NCBI GenBank assembly: GCA_964270895.1
Contig: OZ185444.1
Length of the DNA stretch: 64,000 nucleotides
Source: Podarcis filfolensis
Lineage: Eukaryota
Strand: one strand, 5' to 3'
A program made the position numbers and the translations under genes. The first letter of the stretch is position 1. Every line of letters begins with the position of its first letter. The notes beneath the pieces are model-generated. The model searched no databases. It was not told where the DNA came from and saw only the letters and a list, made by a program, of their open reading frames with translations. Below, piece by piece: positions 1 through 13,897 of the stretch.

Positions 1-640
1 TTTGTATTGTGTCCTTGCTGCAAATCAAGGCATCCTGCTCCACAATCATAGGGACAGATGGACAATGGGTTTTTTTGTGGCATCTTTACATCCAACACAT
101 CCTATCATTTCGCTCATCATATAACAGAAGGATGGCAACCAATTAGAAAGAGCTAACAGCTTTAGACAAATGCTTATCAGATCTCTGCACAATATAGTTT
201 TTTTTTAACCACAGCCAAACTTTTCACATTCTTGCTGAATGAGCAGTTTGTTTGCTATCACTACAGTACTATGAAACAATCATTACATCGTCTAATTTCC
301 TCCACCCACCCTACACCTAATTTGTGTGCTCTACAGTTAGTACTCTCAAGCCTACAAAAATGGATCACTTACGTTTTATGGGGATTCAAGGTCCAAGACC
401 AGTGGATCCCTGTGCCAGCATCAGGAACAGAATCCAATGACAGCTACACCAGCGTAGTATCATAGAAACATGATTGTGACCAGGAGCTTTGCTATCAACC
501 CTGCATGAGCTAACAAGGGCTATTTGGGCCGCTTAACTGGATAGACTGGTGCAACAGCACTGGTAATTTATTCTGCAAAAATGTGTTCTGCTATATTGTG
601 TTGTTGCACAAAAATGGATGGAGAAAAGTTCATTTACTAC

Positions 641-827
641 ATTTATAACCCACCCTCCTCCAAGGGGCCCAAGGACGTGTCCATTGCTCTTCCCTCCCAT
701 CTCATTCTCATTGCAGCCCTGTGATGTGTGCTAGGCTCAATAGCCCAAAGATGCCCAGCTTCATGGCTGGGTGGAGATTTGAACCTGGGTCTCCCAGTTC
801 AACACTCTAGCCGCTCTGTCGCACTGG
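641..827 (-). mobile_element. MIR/Ther1-derived (Squam3-like) SINE
   Basis: GATTTGAACCTGGGTCTCCC (reverse B box) and a degenerate CORE. Confidence 0.65.
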
Positions 828-1044
828 CCCTTAATATGGAAGAAACAACAGAAAGAATTCCGTTCCATGTGTTCAAAAGGGCATTTGCTCACTGCCAGGC
901 AATTCAGACTGAATCAATTACCCTTCTCTTCCTTCTGAAATGTTCAACTATTTAGACGGATATCAGGAAATGAGGAATAACGACTGTTCAGTCTATGTGT
1001 TACGGGCAGCAGGGCAGGTTTAAACAAAGATTTAAAGTTGAGAA

Positions 1045-1205
1045 GGGGATATAGCTCACTGGTAGAGCACGTGCTATTCCTGATGTCTTAGTTACAATAA
1101 CTATGGGACCTTGTAACTTCTCGAGATAGAACTGTCTCAAATAGCAAGGCTGGGTGTGTGAAAACAGCAGCACTGGGCTAGGTGGGCCAATGGCAGCTTC
1201 ATATG
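1045..1205 (+). mobile_element. Degenerate tRNA-derived SINE
   Basis: GGGGATATAGCTCACTGGTAGAGCAC (tRNA-Ala-like 5' end), then a 'ctgggctaggtgggccaatggcagcttc' tail; cannot fold as a complete tRNA. Confidence 0.6.
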
Positions 1206-2370
1206 AATCTTTTATTTGTGGGGGGTGCTCAACCAATTACATAGGACAAAAGGTAGAAACAGCCAAACAACAAATTCTCAGTTCACCCAATATAGTGCAA
1301 TAGGCACCCAAATTGGATGAGCTATTCGTAGACCCAGATGGGCCCTCCTGCTCCCCAAGGGTGTCCCATACCATGTGGCTTTCAACGCACCATGTCAATC
1401 AGGCAACGCATGAAGTGAGCCATGGCATTTCCATCCCGATTCCTATTCAAGTATGACAATGGCTGATGGCTGAAGACAAAGAAAACTATTTAATCTTAGG
1501 GATGGTGGGGGGAACATCCCCCCACACAATAACTCCTATTGGCATAATCCTCAATTCTGGCAAAGCTGTTGAGCATGAGGGGCCATTTATATACCTTGTG
1601 CTATTTGTCTGTTGTGCCAGAGCAGCATGCATTCCTTATATCAATTATTGGTTTTCTGGTCCTCATATCACAGATTGATGTAACAATCTCTCAGAGGCTC
1701 TAGTAATGCATATAAGTTCATTACGTTATTCCTCTGCTAGACAGTTCCTTAACTGACATAATCCATATTTGTGAGAAAAACAAAGAAAACAGTGGGGGAG
1801 GTTTATGTACACATGATGCACCAAAATCTGCATGGGAAGGGGGTGGTTATGTTTGATGCTCTCCACCATGAATACAAGGCATGTCCCCTAAGACACTTGG
1901 GATCTGTACATACTCCCATTTACACTTCATCCAGTGCATTCCCGCTGGTGGTTTGTGAAGCTGCGTACGCAGGACATTGATCACAATGCACATTTGCCCT
2001 GCAGTTTCTTGAGAAAAACTGCATTTTGATGTGTTTTCCCCAAACTAGTTCAACCAGATTTGAAAATATCAGCTATATGAAGACATACACACCTCTTCTC
2101 TGCACACTGGTGTAGACAGACAATGGGAGATGTGTACAATGATCTACCCACGGCTTCTGGATAAAACTAAAGTAAAACAGAATTACCGGTACCTTTGAGT
2201 AATTGCTAGAGTTAGAGCTTATTGGAGAAATTCTGGCTTTTAATCATATCCTAGATTAGTTTGGTTTTTCTTAATTAATGAATCTTGCAAACAATGTTTT
2301 TTTCATGCTCCAAAAAGGGATTATTTCTTAAGATCTAAAAGACACAGCAATAATTCCCAACTCCATGTCT

Positions 2371-2438
2371 AGTACAGAAGAGATTCTAAAATAGTCCATA
2401 AATAAGTACAGAAGAGATTCTAAAATAGTCCATAAATA
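2371..2438. repeat. Perfect tandem duplication, 2 x 34 bp
   Basis: AGTACAGAAGAGATTCTAAAATAGTCCATAAATA twice. Confidence 0.95.
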
Positions 2439-3505
2439 CCTGACTTTCTTTACACATAAATTCATGGGTATAGTTGTACACCTTTGGTATCTTTGGCATA
2501 GTTCAGGAGTGGGGAACCTTTTCTCCATCTAGGGCCATTGACCAATAGAGGGGGGGAAATCACACAATTAATTAATTAATTAATTGTATTATTATGCACA
2601 TCTCGCTTTCCAAGCAGTGAGAGGCTTAAGGGGTGCCAGCACAGACCTCAGATTCTGTTTGCTTAAAATGAGGCTCATTGAAGATTATGGTGTTTTAGGC
2701 AAATATATGTTAAGAGGAATGTGAGTTCAGTAGGTAATGTGCATAACAACCAGCCATTCTGCATATTCACCAATCCTCATGGAGAATGTGCACATAATAT
2801 TTCCACAAAGAAGGAATTCTGAACATTTCCTGGTCCCACAGAGCAATGTGCATAGATGGACTGAATTTTGTACATTCTCTGGCCATTATGCATAATCTCA
2901 AATAAGCTGTCATAGCCTGGATATCACAGGAGGTGGAGCATCAGTGCTTGAGGCCAGTGGCATTCATCATTGGTGGCACCATGTGGGAGGGAATGGGAAG
3001 CTTGTGCCACTACCTGCAGCTACCTCTGCTGGTTTTGCAGACTGGGTCCGGTTCTTTCACCACCACAAGACCTGCAGTTTCACACTCTTGTCCCCCTTTG
3101 CATCTATCCTTTCCCCATTTTGCTGTCCTTGTTGGTGTGCCAGGCCTGGTGCAGAGCTGCCTTCCTCAGCCAGGTAACATTTCACTTCCCCTTAAGAGGA
3201 GCTTTCCCTTTTATGCTGGTCTTGGCCCTGAACCATCACTTTATCTGCCATCTCAGTGATGAAGAGTCTCTAGAATTGTCAGAGAGCTGGCATAAAGCAG
3301 AGACCAAGGGCCAGAAGTTCCCCATCCTTGTCCAAGGTGGTAAATTCCCATCCCACGCAAGACAACTCATAATGTCCCATTAACATGTAACTACGGTACT
3401 TACTCCCAGATAAGTATTTATAGTATTCCAGTCTCAGTCTAGGTTGAAACATTACAGCCTTCAGATGGGGCCCTCCCATGTTTTTCTATACAATCTTTCT
3501 CCCCA

Positions 3506-3831
3506 CAGACCCGCCAAGTACCCCTATTTTCCAGGGGCTGTCCCAAATTTACAGAAGCCATCCTGGTTTCTGATTTGATCCCTATTTTCATGTTGGAGCG
3601 CATGGAGTTATGCGACCCACGAGCCAAGCAGATAATTCATCTTTAGAAGACCCCTGAAGACAGCCTTGTGTAGGGAAGGAATGTTTACTATTTTATTGTG
3701 TTTTTATATATGTCGGAAGCCACCCAGATTGTGTGGGACAACCCAGGCAGAACATCATCATCATCAATTAATTAATAATTTTATTTGAATAGGATGTCCC
3801 TATTTTCACCAGAGAAATGTTGTAGGGTATG
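3506..3831. mobile_element. Composite non-autonomous element, copy 1
   Basis: Termini CAGACCC.CCAAG / GTTG(G)AGGGTATG; internal repeat of CCCTATTTTCA; central LINE-like 3' tail; homologous to the 24.2 kb and 37.0 kb copies. Confidence 0.65.
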
Positions 3832-4859
3832 TCCCCAAGCAAGGCTTGGCTGCAACAGTTTCCCCAAATATGTAGTTTTCTGTGTGTGGAAATTTGTTTG
3901 CGCAGTCTGAAATTGTACAACCCAGGTACCAGCATATCACCTCAGTGAGAACTAGGCCTCTGTTACAATTTTATATTGTTTACTAGGTAGAATTTTTTTC
4001 TCATTTTTTCAGGCCCTGTATCGGAGGGCATATCTGACTAAGAAATAAAAGTGAAAGGCCATCATAAATCTTTGTGATTAATTCCCCCTTTCTCCAGGAA
4101 TATGCCTGCAACTTCTAAAGAACAATAAAATAAGAAGGGCATAAGACCCACTATCCTAAACTACGCTGCTGAAACCATCCCACAGTTTCATCCTTACAAG
4201 ATCAAGGCAATAACCCTTCACCATGCATTTGATATTCCAGTGAGATAAAGCCTCTGTTGCAAGTTACAGAAATAGCATTTTAATTTTCTTTGCAAAGGAA
4301 AAAAAAAGTCACTTAAAAATAACTCCTTGTACTTTTAAACTCTGCATCAGGCAGCCGAATAGCTGTAATGAACTCTGAAGGGCTTTTAATTGAACAAAAT
4401 AAAGATGTTAACGAAAAGCAAATAAGAGTCATGTGGTGCAAAGAAAAAGGAAATGAGATAAAGCCGTGCTTTTTAAAAAAGCCCTTGGTGATTTGTGGGT
4501 TTGTTCTGTACTTTGTGAGAAGGCTTAAGATTTATCTAGGCTCTAAATATTTTATAAGCAAATTATCACAAGCAAGGCAGGCTAAAAGGATATGGGAATG
4601 ATGCAAAACTACCAGCTAGGGACCTGAACATCTTTGACCCATATTTCTAGGTGCAGAGAACAACCCATTCTTTTCTGTTGGTATCCACATAGGGAGCATG
4701 GGCCTTTAAGATGTTTAAAGGGCTCCAAGTAACATCACCTCCAGCTAGCATAGCCTGTGGATGGGGATGATGGGAGTTGTAGTCCTACAGCATTTGGAGG
4801 GCCACAACATTCCCACTCCTGCCTCACAAACAACTTGCAGACCACACAATGGGAAACAA

Positions 4860-5370
4860 GGGTGTCTATAACAAGGGTGTCTCTGGACCTTAAATTGAGG
4901 CTCATACAACAATAAATAATATCTAGAATATACTGGACCCCATTACGTTTGTTTAAAAAAGAGCTATCTAAGGTATCTAACTGTTGGAGATGCAATAGGA
5001 ATAATGCTTCTCTAAAACATGTTTTTTCATTGTCCTATATTGAAAGATTTTTGGCAGAAGGTAACTGAAACTATCAACAGAACTGTATGGAACAACCTTA
5101 CATTTACAGAACAAAATATCCTTTTGAATTATATATCCAGCACATGGAACCTTACAAAAGGACAACATGAGTGGACTTTCCATGCCCTGACCACAGCAAA
5201 TAGACTGATACTGATGAATTGGAAAAAATAAATATGTGGCTCCCTTTTATGATTGGATTGAAGACTTATACGTACCGTCAGCTTATGAACAGCTTGCATA
5301 TAAAGGCAGACTTGCCATGGACAAATTCATTGATATTTGGAATTCATTCTTACAAATACTGTAATAGGTT
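4860..5370 (+). mobile_element. L1-clade LINE ORF2 C-terminal relic (zinc-finger region)
   Basis: RIYWTPLRLF...NCWRCNRNNASLKH and FHCPILKDFWQKV...NRLILMNWKK across a frameshift. Confidence 0.75.
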
Positions 5371-8149
5371 AAGAGCTGGTGAAGTACAATAACAACTTTG
5401 TAAAGTATTTTTTTAAAAAACCCAAACAACTTGCAGAGGCAAAATATAAAAACTGCATGGACCCATAAAGACAGACACCCTTTCACACTTGAATTCCTTC
5501 CTACACCCAAGGCCTGTAAATTTGCCCACTGATCTTCTGTATCATATGCATCCCCTTCAGCTGAAGAACAGTGAAACTGCCTTCAGCTAGAGACAGTTAA
5601 AAGGACACAGAGGATGGGGAATGGTGGCAACTCTCTTCTGCAGGCACACTGTACAAAGTTCATTGAACAATTATTCAAAAGTTCTCATGAGGAAAGAAGA
5701 AAGGTCCATGAGAGCAGTTGCAGAAGATGGAGGCTAGACAATGTGCTGAGAAAGACTTAATTAACTTTGCTTTCCACTTGTCTTATTCAGCAAAGGAGGA
5801 AGCAAGAAACAGAGTAAGCAACAGCTACCTTCCTGGCCCCAGAAGGGGTGTTAGATTTTTTTGCATGTAGAGAAATTGGCACAACAAGTGGTGCTTTTTC
5901 ACGCCAGCAGATTTTTCCCCACTCAAGGCCTGTGGGTGAGTTAAATTTATGCTCTCTGTCGCATAGAAAGAAGCAATTAACAGAAGGACTTTGCTGAAGA
6001 GTCTGTAATTCTTGTATGAACCAGAGAGCACATTTAAGAGTTTCTTTTGTGGCTGTATGAACTAGTCAAGGAGAAAGTGGCAGAGATTCAAAGGAAAGAA
6101 TAAGGCTCAGAAAATAATTTGGGTCAAATAAACAGCAGCTGTTAAAGAGTGGTGAGGAATTAGGGAAATATTGAAAAGGGAAGCTGTTAGTGGTTGCAAT
6201 TTCAGGGCAAGAGAGCTCTAAGTGGCTTTCCCTGGCTCCTTCTGTCCTGTGTCTAGTTATTGCTTGCTCATGAAAGAAGCGATCAACAGTAGTTTATGAT
6301 GCTAAGACATTTCTATGCTCTGTTCTCTGTTAAAAACAACAACGCATTGATGTTTCTGCTTTCCCTGGATTTAGCAATTTGTGGTTGAAAGACTTGCCCT
6401 TCCAGACTTTATATTTTACTAACTCTAGTGGTGAAGTTTTTAAATATATATGTGCTGCACACCCCTTCAAGGGAAGGAGGAGAAAATGACCCGCCATCCC
6501 ACTGGACTATTAATTATAGCTGCAAAAAGCACTCCATGTCTAGCAGAAGAGAAACTGAGCTTGCTCTTCTGACTGCAGGGGTCTCTGGCAGACTCCACAG
6601 CAAACGTGGAGCCACGTTCATCAGAATGCACCAAGCAAGCCTGTCATTATTTTAACGGCTCTTGTTGGAAGGTATGATTACCGGTCACTGCAAAATTCTC
6701 TGTGACAACGGCCAAATAATATTTCAGGTGGCTTGCTTGGGGAGATGTGATGCCTACACAGAGCTCATCTTTTGAAAAGGAGGAAAGAAGGAAGAGAATC
6801 ACAGTTGGTGACGGGGTGGAGAGAAAAGGAAAAGAGGGATAAAATGAACTGGGGAAAGGTATGCAGGAGAAAGGGGGCGCAGTTATTACGACTCGAAGGT
6901 ATTTTGATGAAAAAAGTATCCAATTCAAGGCTCAGGAAATTAGAACAGTTTTCATCTCAAGTTCCTAAAGCAAGGGCATTGGAGCACATTTGGAAATCTA
7001 AGGCATTGTCTTGGGCACGACAATAACAACAAGCCATTTCACAGAAGACAAACTGGTGATGCTTAATGTGTTTAATGTGGTTTTGAAGCGGCTTGAATGT
7101 CAAGGTACCGGTATTTTTGTCCCCCATGATGTCAACCTCAGCCAAGTGACAGCCACCCCTTAACAAATTTGGATTTCCCTGATCTGTGGCTAATCCAATA
7201 AGGAGGGCAGGAATCCAATATAAAATTGCATGTTACCCAGCTGTGAAGCGTATTGTGTGGGTGGTTTTCTGGGGTTTTTCTTTCTAACCTGTTTGGTCAT
7301 GGTGACATTTTGCTAGGTACTGTCTAACAGCACACACACACCCAGTTCCATTTGCTTCTTGCCTGAGACCAACCTAGTCATTTTGTTTCCATCAGGAAGC
7401 AAAGGAAATGACACTGGTTGCTCCCGTAGTTACATTTACGGTACATTTTTAGAATTGTTGCTGTTTTGCACAAAACTGACCTTATTGCAGAATGAAGATT
7501 TTGATCATTTATTTATTTTTGATTTGGTATAAATCATTACAGCAACCATAAAAAGAATATTAGCTACTTATATGGCCTCCCAGTACTGCAATGCACTGTT
7601 TCAAACCCGGAGTATTCTACATATTTCTTAAACCATCATACGCTCTGTATTTTCATAGATCTTTTACAAAGGAGAAATGAAACAGTGGCAAGGCACACTC
7701 ATCTTTTCCCTTCAACAGTAGGCTGACGTGTTTGAATATTCCTATATCAGACTGTATTTTAATGGCCTGTCTACATACAGTCCTGGATGTTTTTGCAAAC
7801 AGCACCAAAGCCCAGACGCAGAATAACAGACCTATTGAAATCCTGTCTACGTTGATGTCCTGCGTACTTTTTGTCAGGCTATTGTAGTTAACAAATTCCA
7901 TTAAGCCATGCAGATTCTGTGGATGTTACAGGTAAAACACTAGCAAAGGTGTGCCTGCAGCTTACAAGAATTTCCGGGCTGTCACCTGGGGAGCCAAGTC
8001 TGGTCTGAGCTGTAATAATGATACACACAGAGAATTACTTGCCCAGCTGCCTGTCAGATATGTAGCACTGGCAGGTGATAGAACTACAAGCAAGTGATTT
8101 TTGATTTGCTACTGGTAGAAGTTAAGTGATTCCTTGCTGCTCTGAAAAG

Positions 8150-8151
<2 letters not shown>

Positions 8152-8196
<45 letters not shown>

Positions 8197-8213
8197 GATA
8201 TATATATACATAT
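8152..8213. repeat. (AT)n microsatellite
   Basis: About 21 pure AT units followed by degenerate units. Confidence 0.97.
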
Positions 8214-11200
8214 CGCCACAGTGTAGGAATTGTCTAAATCTGCAACAATTTAGAATATCCAGCTATACATCATTGCCTTTTCTGTTCCTATAATCTTTAG
8301 ATGTCATTGATGTCTTGCGGAGTCTGATGCTTCCTTTTATTTTAGAAGATCTGCTAATGTCAATGAGGATAAGCCAAAATCCAGTTTTAAAGCATTAAGG
8401 GAAGTGGTGGCTCCCCACTGCCCTGCCTGCTATGTTTAAGCAGATGGTCCTTCTGATGGAGAATAAAGCTAGACTGTTCTTCAGGGTAAAATCCCAGACA
8501 ATCTTGTAGAGTGCAAAGGAAAATTTTGCCTCCTTAATTACATTTTAATGATTATTTAAAGACTAATTCTGTGGCTGGCACTCGGGAGGGAGATGGGAAC
8601 ACTTCTAAAGATATGTTGCTTTATTCTAGCTGTTGATTTCTCAGAGCTCTTTTGTGGTTCTCTGCTGGAGCAAAAACCCAGGAGATTTATACTGTATATC
8701 ATGTAATAACATTAAAAATAGTTATGATACCATAGTGGTTTAATGGTGGTGAAATATATACATTATCTCAAGATTTCTACAAAATGCTAGAACTATAGGA
8801 TTCCTGTCCACTAACATGGAATTTTTTGCCACATGAGTTACTCGTTGTGGTTTAAAGTGAAATATTCAACACAAATAGAATATTGTATGCTGAAACCACT
8901 TGCTCTGTCAGCTCAAGTTTAGTATTTCAACAGGAATACTTTAGAGTAAATGATGGCAATGTTGTGCCCTTCAGATGATGGACTACAGTTCCCATCATCG
9001 TTGAACGTTGGCCACGTTGGCCATGCTGCCTGAAGTCGAACATCAGGGTTGTCTGTAGGCTACTACTGGTATTACAGTCTTTCTTTCTTTTTAAGCAAAA
9101 TGTAAATAATTTTTATCTCCTTATGCACCACATGAGTTTCCCCAAATCTGAGCAACTTCCAGAGACAATATATGGACCAAATTAAATGTGCCTTTGCATG
9201 TAACATGCAAATTTTTAAAAATGCAAATTGCATTAGTTGGGGGGTATTTCTGGATAATTAGTAGGCCCAGAAACAGGTACTGAAAGGGGAATTTAGCTCT
9301 TCATTCCTTGGCTGAAAAATCCTTCTGAAGCTGGTATTTTGGGGGCTGCAGAATCCATTAAAAGTAGAAGCCCCATATGGAGGGTGGTGGATGGGCCAAC
9401 TGCAACAACTGTAGGAAAGATGTGCAAGCCATGTGTAATGTTTAGGTGGGGGCTATGAACTCTGGGGAAAAACTCAGTGATATAAAATTTCCGGCAGTTG
9501 GGCCAAAACTGTCCCTCATCCAACCATGGAGCCTACCCTTCAACCTATGGTTTCACCTTCTACTGCACTAAGAAAAATGCCCCCAGATTGTTGTATGTCC
9601 TCCTCCTTTCCATGGACCAAACCTAAAACCTATTGTGACTCAACAGGAGTCAGCAGACTCAACCACCCAGACACTGCTCTTCATGGAAGAGATGAAACCA
9701 CGCAAAGTTCAAAGCAGGCCATAAAAGCATTCCAATCCAGCATACCTCTTCCCCTCTGGGGAGCATAACTTCACTTGCATTTATTGCCTAATGACTGGTC
9801 TGGGTAGTAACCTAGGATACCCATATGTCCTACTTTACAGAGGACTTGCATCCTTCCGTTTGAAGGCCTATCCAGTCCAAGTCTAGAGGAAGGGTCTTGA
9901 TGTTGCAACAATTACTAGCTGGACAACATGTGCACAAGTCGCAGTCTTCCTGACTATGCTGAGACACATGGTATTCCACTCCAAGTTGCAGTAATCATTT
10001 TTAAATGTGCATCTTTACATATAAATTAGTTATGCAAATATTATGCAAAGCCAAGTCCTCTTTTGCCCTCTTTCTTTGTGGTGTGTGAGTGCCCCCCACT
10101 TACAGGAAGCAGTCGTTTGATACAAGTCTTTCTTCAGCCCTCCTGCCTGAAATTCTGCAAGACCCAGGACTAAGGATCTCCTATACAACGCCGCCTCCTC
10201 TTCCTTCCTCCCTTCCCATTCTCCCTCCCCCGCATGCTAGGCGTTCTCTTTAAACTTGGCAGCGAGAAGCAGCTCCTGATCCAAATGAAGCAGCAGTTGA
10301 CAGAAAACAGCTGGTTCCTCCTTTGTTGCCTCTACCTCTTTTTCACCTGCTAACTATTTTCAACGTGTTTTACCTTTCTCTCCTCAGTGGGGATACATTG
10401 CATAATTGGACCGAGTTTTTTCTCCACTTGAACACCCACCTGCACGGGCTGCAGAGAGTGACTTGGCACTGCTGATTCTAGTGAAAACAGTGGCATATGT
10501 TTTGGAATTGCAAATGATGAGATGTCTTGGTCTGTAAGTTTTAGGGGAAATAGTTCCTGATGGCTAAGAACCGGATTAGGACTTCAGTTTGTTTTAAATA
10601 AATGCAGAGGCAGGCAATGCTGTGTGTGTGTCTGTCAGTCATTCACAGTCATGATCCCATTTTGAAAATGGAAAAAGTAGTTCTAAACTCATAGGCACCT
10701 GTTAATTTATCATTAATAGCTATATCCCACACCTCTTTATACCGTTCTTCCATTTATTATTTACTTCTATCCGTTTTTGTTACACTTCTTGCATAAAATG
10801 CATTCAAAGCATTCTAAATATCGAAGTAAACACCTATTCTGATGAAAGGGCATTTCTGGCAAAAAACAAATACCAAGAATGAACCTTTGGAAATAGCACT
10901 TGTGAAGTAGAGGAACTGATGGAACAAGGAATGGAATAAGAGAATGGAAGTGGAGGTACATCCAGAGGTGTCCCTGTTGGCAGGAAAGCAGAGAAGGAAG
11001 CAGAGGGACAAACAGTACCTTGGAGCAAGTGGAAGAATACTCACACTTGTGAAACTGCAACCAACCTATTTTCAGGTGGAGATAATCTAAAAGGAGCCGT
11101 TCCTATGGAAGGAAGTGCTGGTACAGAGAAAGTTGCTTCTATAACAAGCAGGATCAGTGAACACTCACACCACACCCATTCCAGCAGGGCATTCTGTATG

Positions 11201-12629
11201 CACCATTAGTTTTTAGATCCAAGTTAATAATCCTGTTTACAAGCATTTTCAGAGTTCTATTGCCTGAGATGAAGTTGACCCCAATTTTCTTTGACTTCAT
11301 AGGATGATTCATGCCACACGAGCCCTTCCTCACATCCTTCGCATGCCTTTTGAAAATGTACACTGAAAAGCGTGGGGATCTTTATTGGGCTATTATATTA
11401 GTGACTATTAAGGAAGCACCATTTACCATCAGTTAGTAGGCTTTACATAAGCCTAGGAAGAATGGGCTCTCTTCTCCTCTAGTGTTACCAGAGAGTATTG
11501 GCAGCACAGGCTGAAAGTTGGCAATTTAGCAAGGGAAGTTGTGGTTGTGTTTCTCTCCTCGTGAGTAAAACAAAATAATGCAATATTTAGAAAGACAAAG
11601 AACACAGGACCAAACATAGTTGCATATTGCAGTACATGTACAATCACACGATTGCTAATAAAAGATCTAGCCACTAAGCGGAAGCTGGGGAAAACAGATA
11701 TGGGCTTCTTGGGACACAGTGAATAAATATGCAGTCTGCTTATCGAAAATCTGTTCTTGGTGCAGGCTCTCTTACAGAACAAAATATTGTGTTTGTGTGC
11801 GTGCATGCTTTTAAAAGAGGAGAAAAGAATATAACTATCCATGGGAATACTGCATAATCCAAGGCAAATGCCACTTGAGGAAAGTTCCGAAAGCATCTAA
11901 ATACCAACCTTTGTAAACAGGAGAGCTTGCAAATTGCCAATTTGTTTAGAGGCCAGCTTCCTGTCCTCCAGCTCCCCCAAGTTCTACATACTGTATAACT
12001 TCCATGTGTATTTTGAATTCTAACATAACAAATTCAGAATAAAAATAAAAATGAGAAACTGAATAGACCAAATTAACTCCCAGAAAGGGCTCAGTGTTTG
12101 CCCCTTCTAATTCCCAAAGTTGCCCAGGATACTTTAATAGCATAAACAATCACCTAAAGTTTTAAAAGCTTAGTCAATTTTCTGTCCTTGGAGTATTCAC
12201 AGACTCCTCAGTACTGATAGGTCCAAGCAAATGTAGCTATGACATTTCAAGGTACCTGTTTAATTTCTCTAGGTGTTTTCCAACATATTTGACAGGCTCA
12301 GTGTTCCTGCCCCCCCCCAACAGGTAAGGAAAAGCTGTGTGGGACTTTAGTACTGGATTCAATAAAGTGGGACTTACATTTTTACCACAGCAACGGGGTT
12401 GAGCAATCTTCTTGACCCAAAAGCTGTCTGAGATGGTGGGTGGTGGGCTCCCATTGCACCTTCCCCTCTTTTAGCCACAGAGAGAAATAGACACCTCATC
12501 TTTGCACATCCAAATGCATCGTTCTCTCCCACTGAACTTTCACTCCATCTCAGCATGCAAGGATAGGAAAGTTTATCCCCCTCTCTCAGCACACTGAGAT
12601 CCCATCATGCATCTCCTCTCCCCGCTGTC

Positions 12630-13109
12630 CAGCTGGGAATAATTGTGGTGGGTGCACAACCCAGCTCTTCTGAATGCAACACAGTTGGAATGTGGGGAGC
12701 TAGTGATGAGATCACAGCAAACCCTTCATGTGCCTGCACCCACCCTGGCTGATGGTTGTTGCAAAAATCTGAGGAGTGCCCTGATCAATGCGGTGTTTGG
12801 CTCTTTCTAGCACCAAACAGCTGGGAATCTCATGTGCTTCCTCCCAGCTTATTGGCACTGACAGTCACGCCATTCAGTCAAACAGCTGAGGGGAGTGCAG
12901 TTGTAATGATGAGAAAGGTACATGAGAGCCGCCTAGTCGCTCCTCCTTCCCCATGTAAATTGCTCTCCTTGCATCCTGCCACACAGCCCTTTGGAAGACT
13001 GAACAGGATGCAGTTGCCGCTGCTGTATGGGGTGAATTCAGCTGCAGGGGCAACTGTGGAAAATTACAGCTGGCCACATGTGGCCCACTTGCTCTGAGTT
13101 GCCCACCTG
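12630..13109. promoter_or_regulatory. Candidate bHLH (E-box cluster) enhancer
   Basis: 13 CANNTG sites counted in 480 bp, five of them CAGCTG. Confidence 0.45.
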
Positions 13110-13897
13110 TGCTGCACTCACAGCACTGCCTAGCTGACATAATGCATTTCAAACGTTTTAAGTACCTACATGAATGCTAAGCATACGTACTGCTGCTGTG
13201 ATTGCTTTGTATTTCCCTACTAGATACAGTTTGGTGGTGTGTGTGTTTTAATTCAAGGAATTGTGCAATACAGTTCTCATCTCAAAAAATGTACCATAGA
13301 AATGTATGACAAAGTATGTATAGACATACAGATTTCTGCAAAGATTTTTCATTAATGCAGAAATGGCATGGAACACACATGTATAAAACTGACATGGCTT
13401 GGAAATAGACCGGTCCATCCATTCCTAGTGTGAGAAACCCAGGCAGATGCCAACTGAAGGGCTTTGGTTTAGTTTTCGATACGCAGACTGTTATCTATTC
13501 CAGTACATGCCACATTTCTTTCTACAACCCGAAGGAGTTTAGGTCTGGCTTTCACTGCCATCTCAATTCTGCTTTAATTATGGAGTTGCTATGGTGTCAA
13601 CAAACTCAAGTGGTGTTTATTTCTTTGTGAGTAATTAGGGAACCGATCATAGTCCTTATGCTTTTTAGCAGTATAACTAATGATCTCTTTCCTTATCGAT
13701 GCCTTCGATGCCTTCTGGACTGTGCCGGATGGGAAAACACTTGTTTCATTTAATTCAGAAAATTCAATGATGGCTTTGCACAAAATTGATCTTCGTGTTG
13801 AAGAATTAAACCCTTGCCAACTGCATGGTACATCACATTTAAAGCTTTAAAAGCAAGCATAAAGTGAAAGCATTATGTACTACAGAAACAGAAACAA

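Noticed and set aside
1045-1080. Possible tRNA genes (also the Sauria SINE heads)
   Set aside because: No complete cloverleaf; each continues into SINE body sequence.
2933-3383. Overlapping 108- and 137-aa ORFs in a GC-richer patch
   Set aside because: No recognisable domain or splice structure on either strand.
7908-7931. Resemblance of MQILWMLQ to the G-utrophin N-terminus (recalled as MQILRTLQ...)
   Set aside because: The frame stops three codons after the donor and no utrophin exons are seen; no gene symbol assigned.
10880-11210. Long purine-rich open frame with an acceptor-like TTTTCAG at 11070
   Set aside because: No recognisable peptide or matching donor.
12372-12592. Minus-strand ORF ending at a GTAAGT donor
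   Set aside because: Weak exonic donor context (AAT) and unrecognised peptide.
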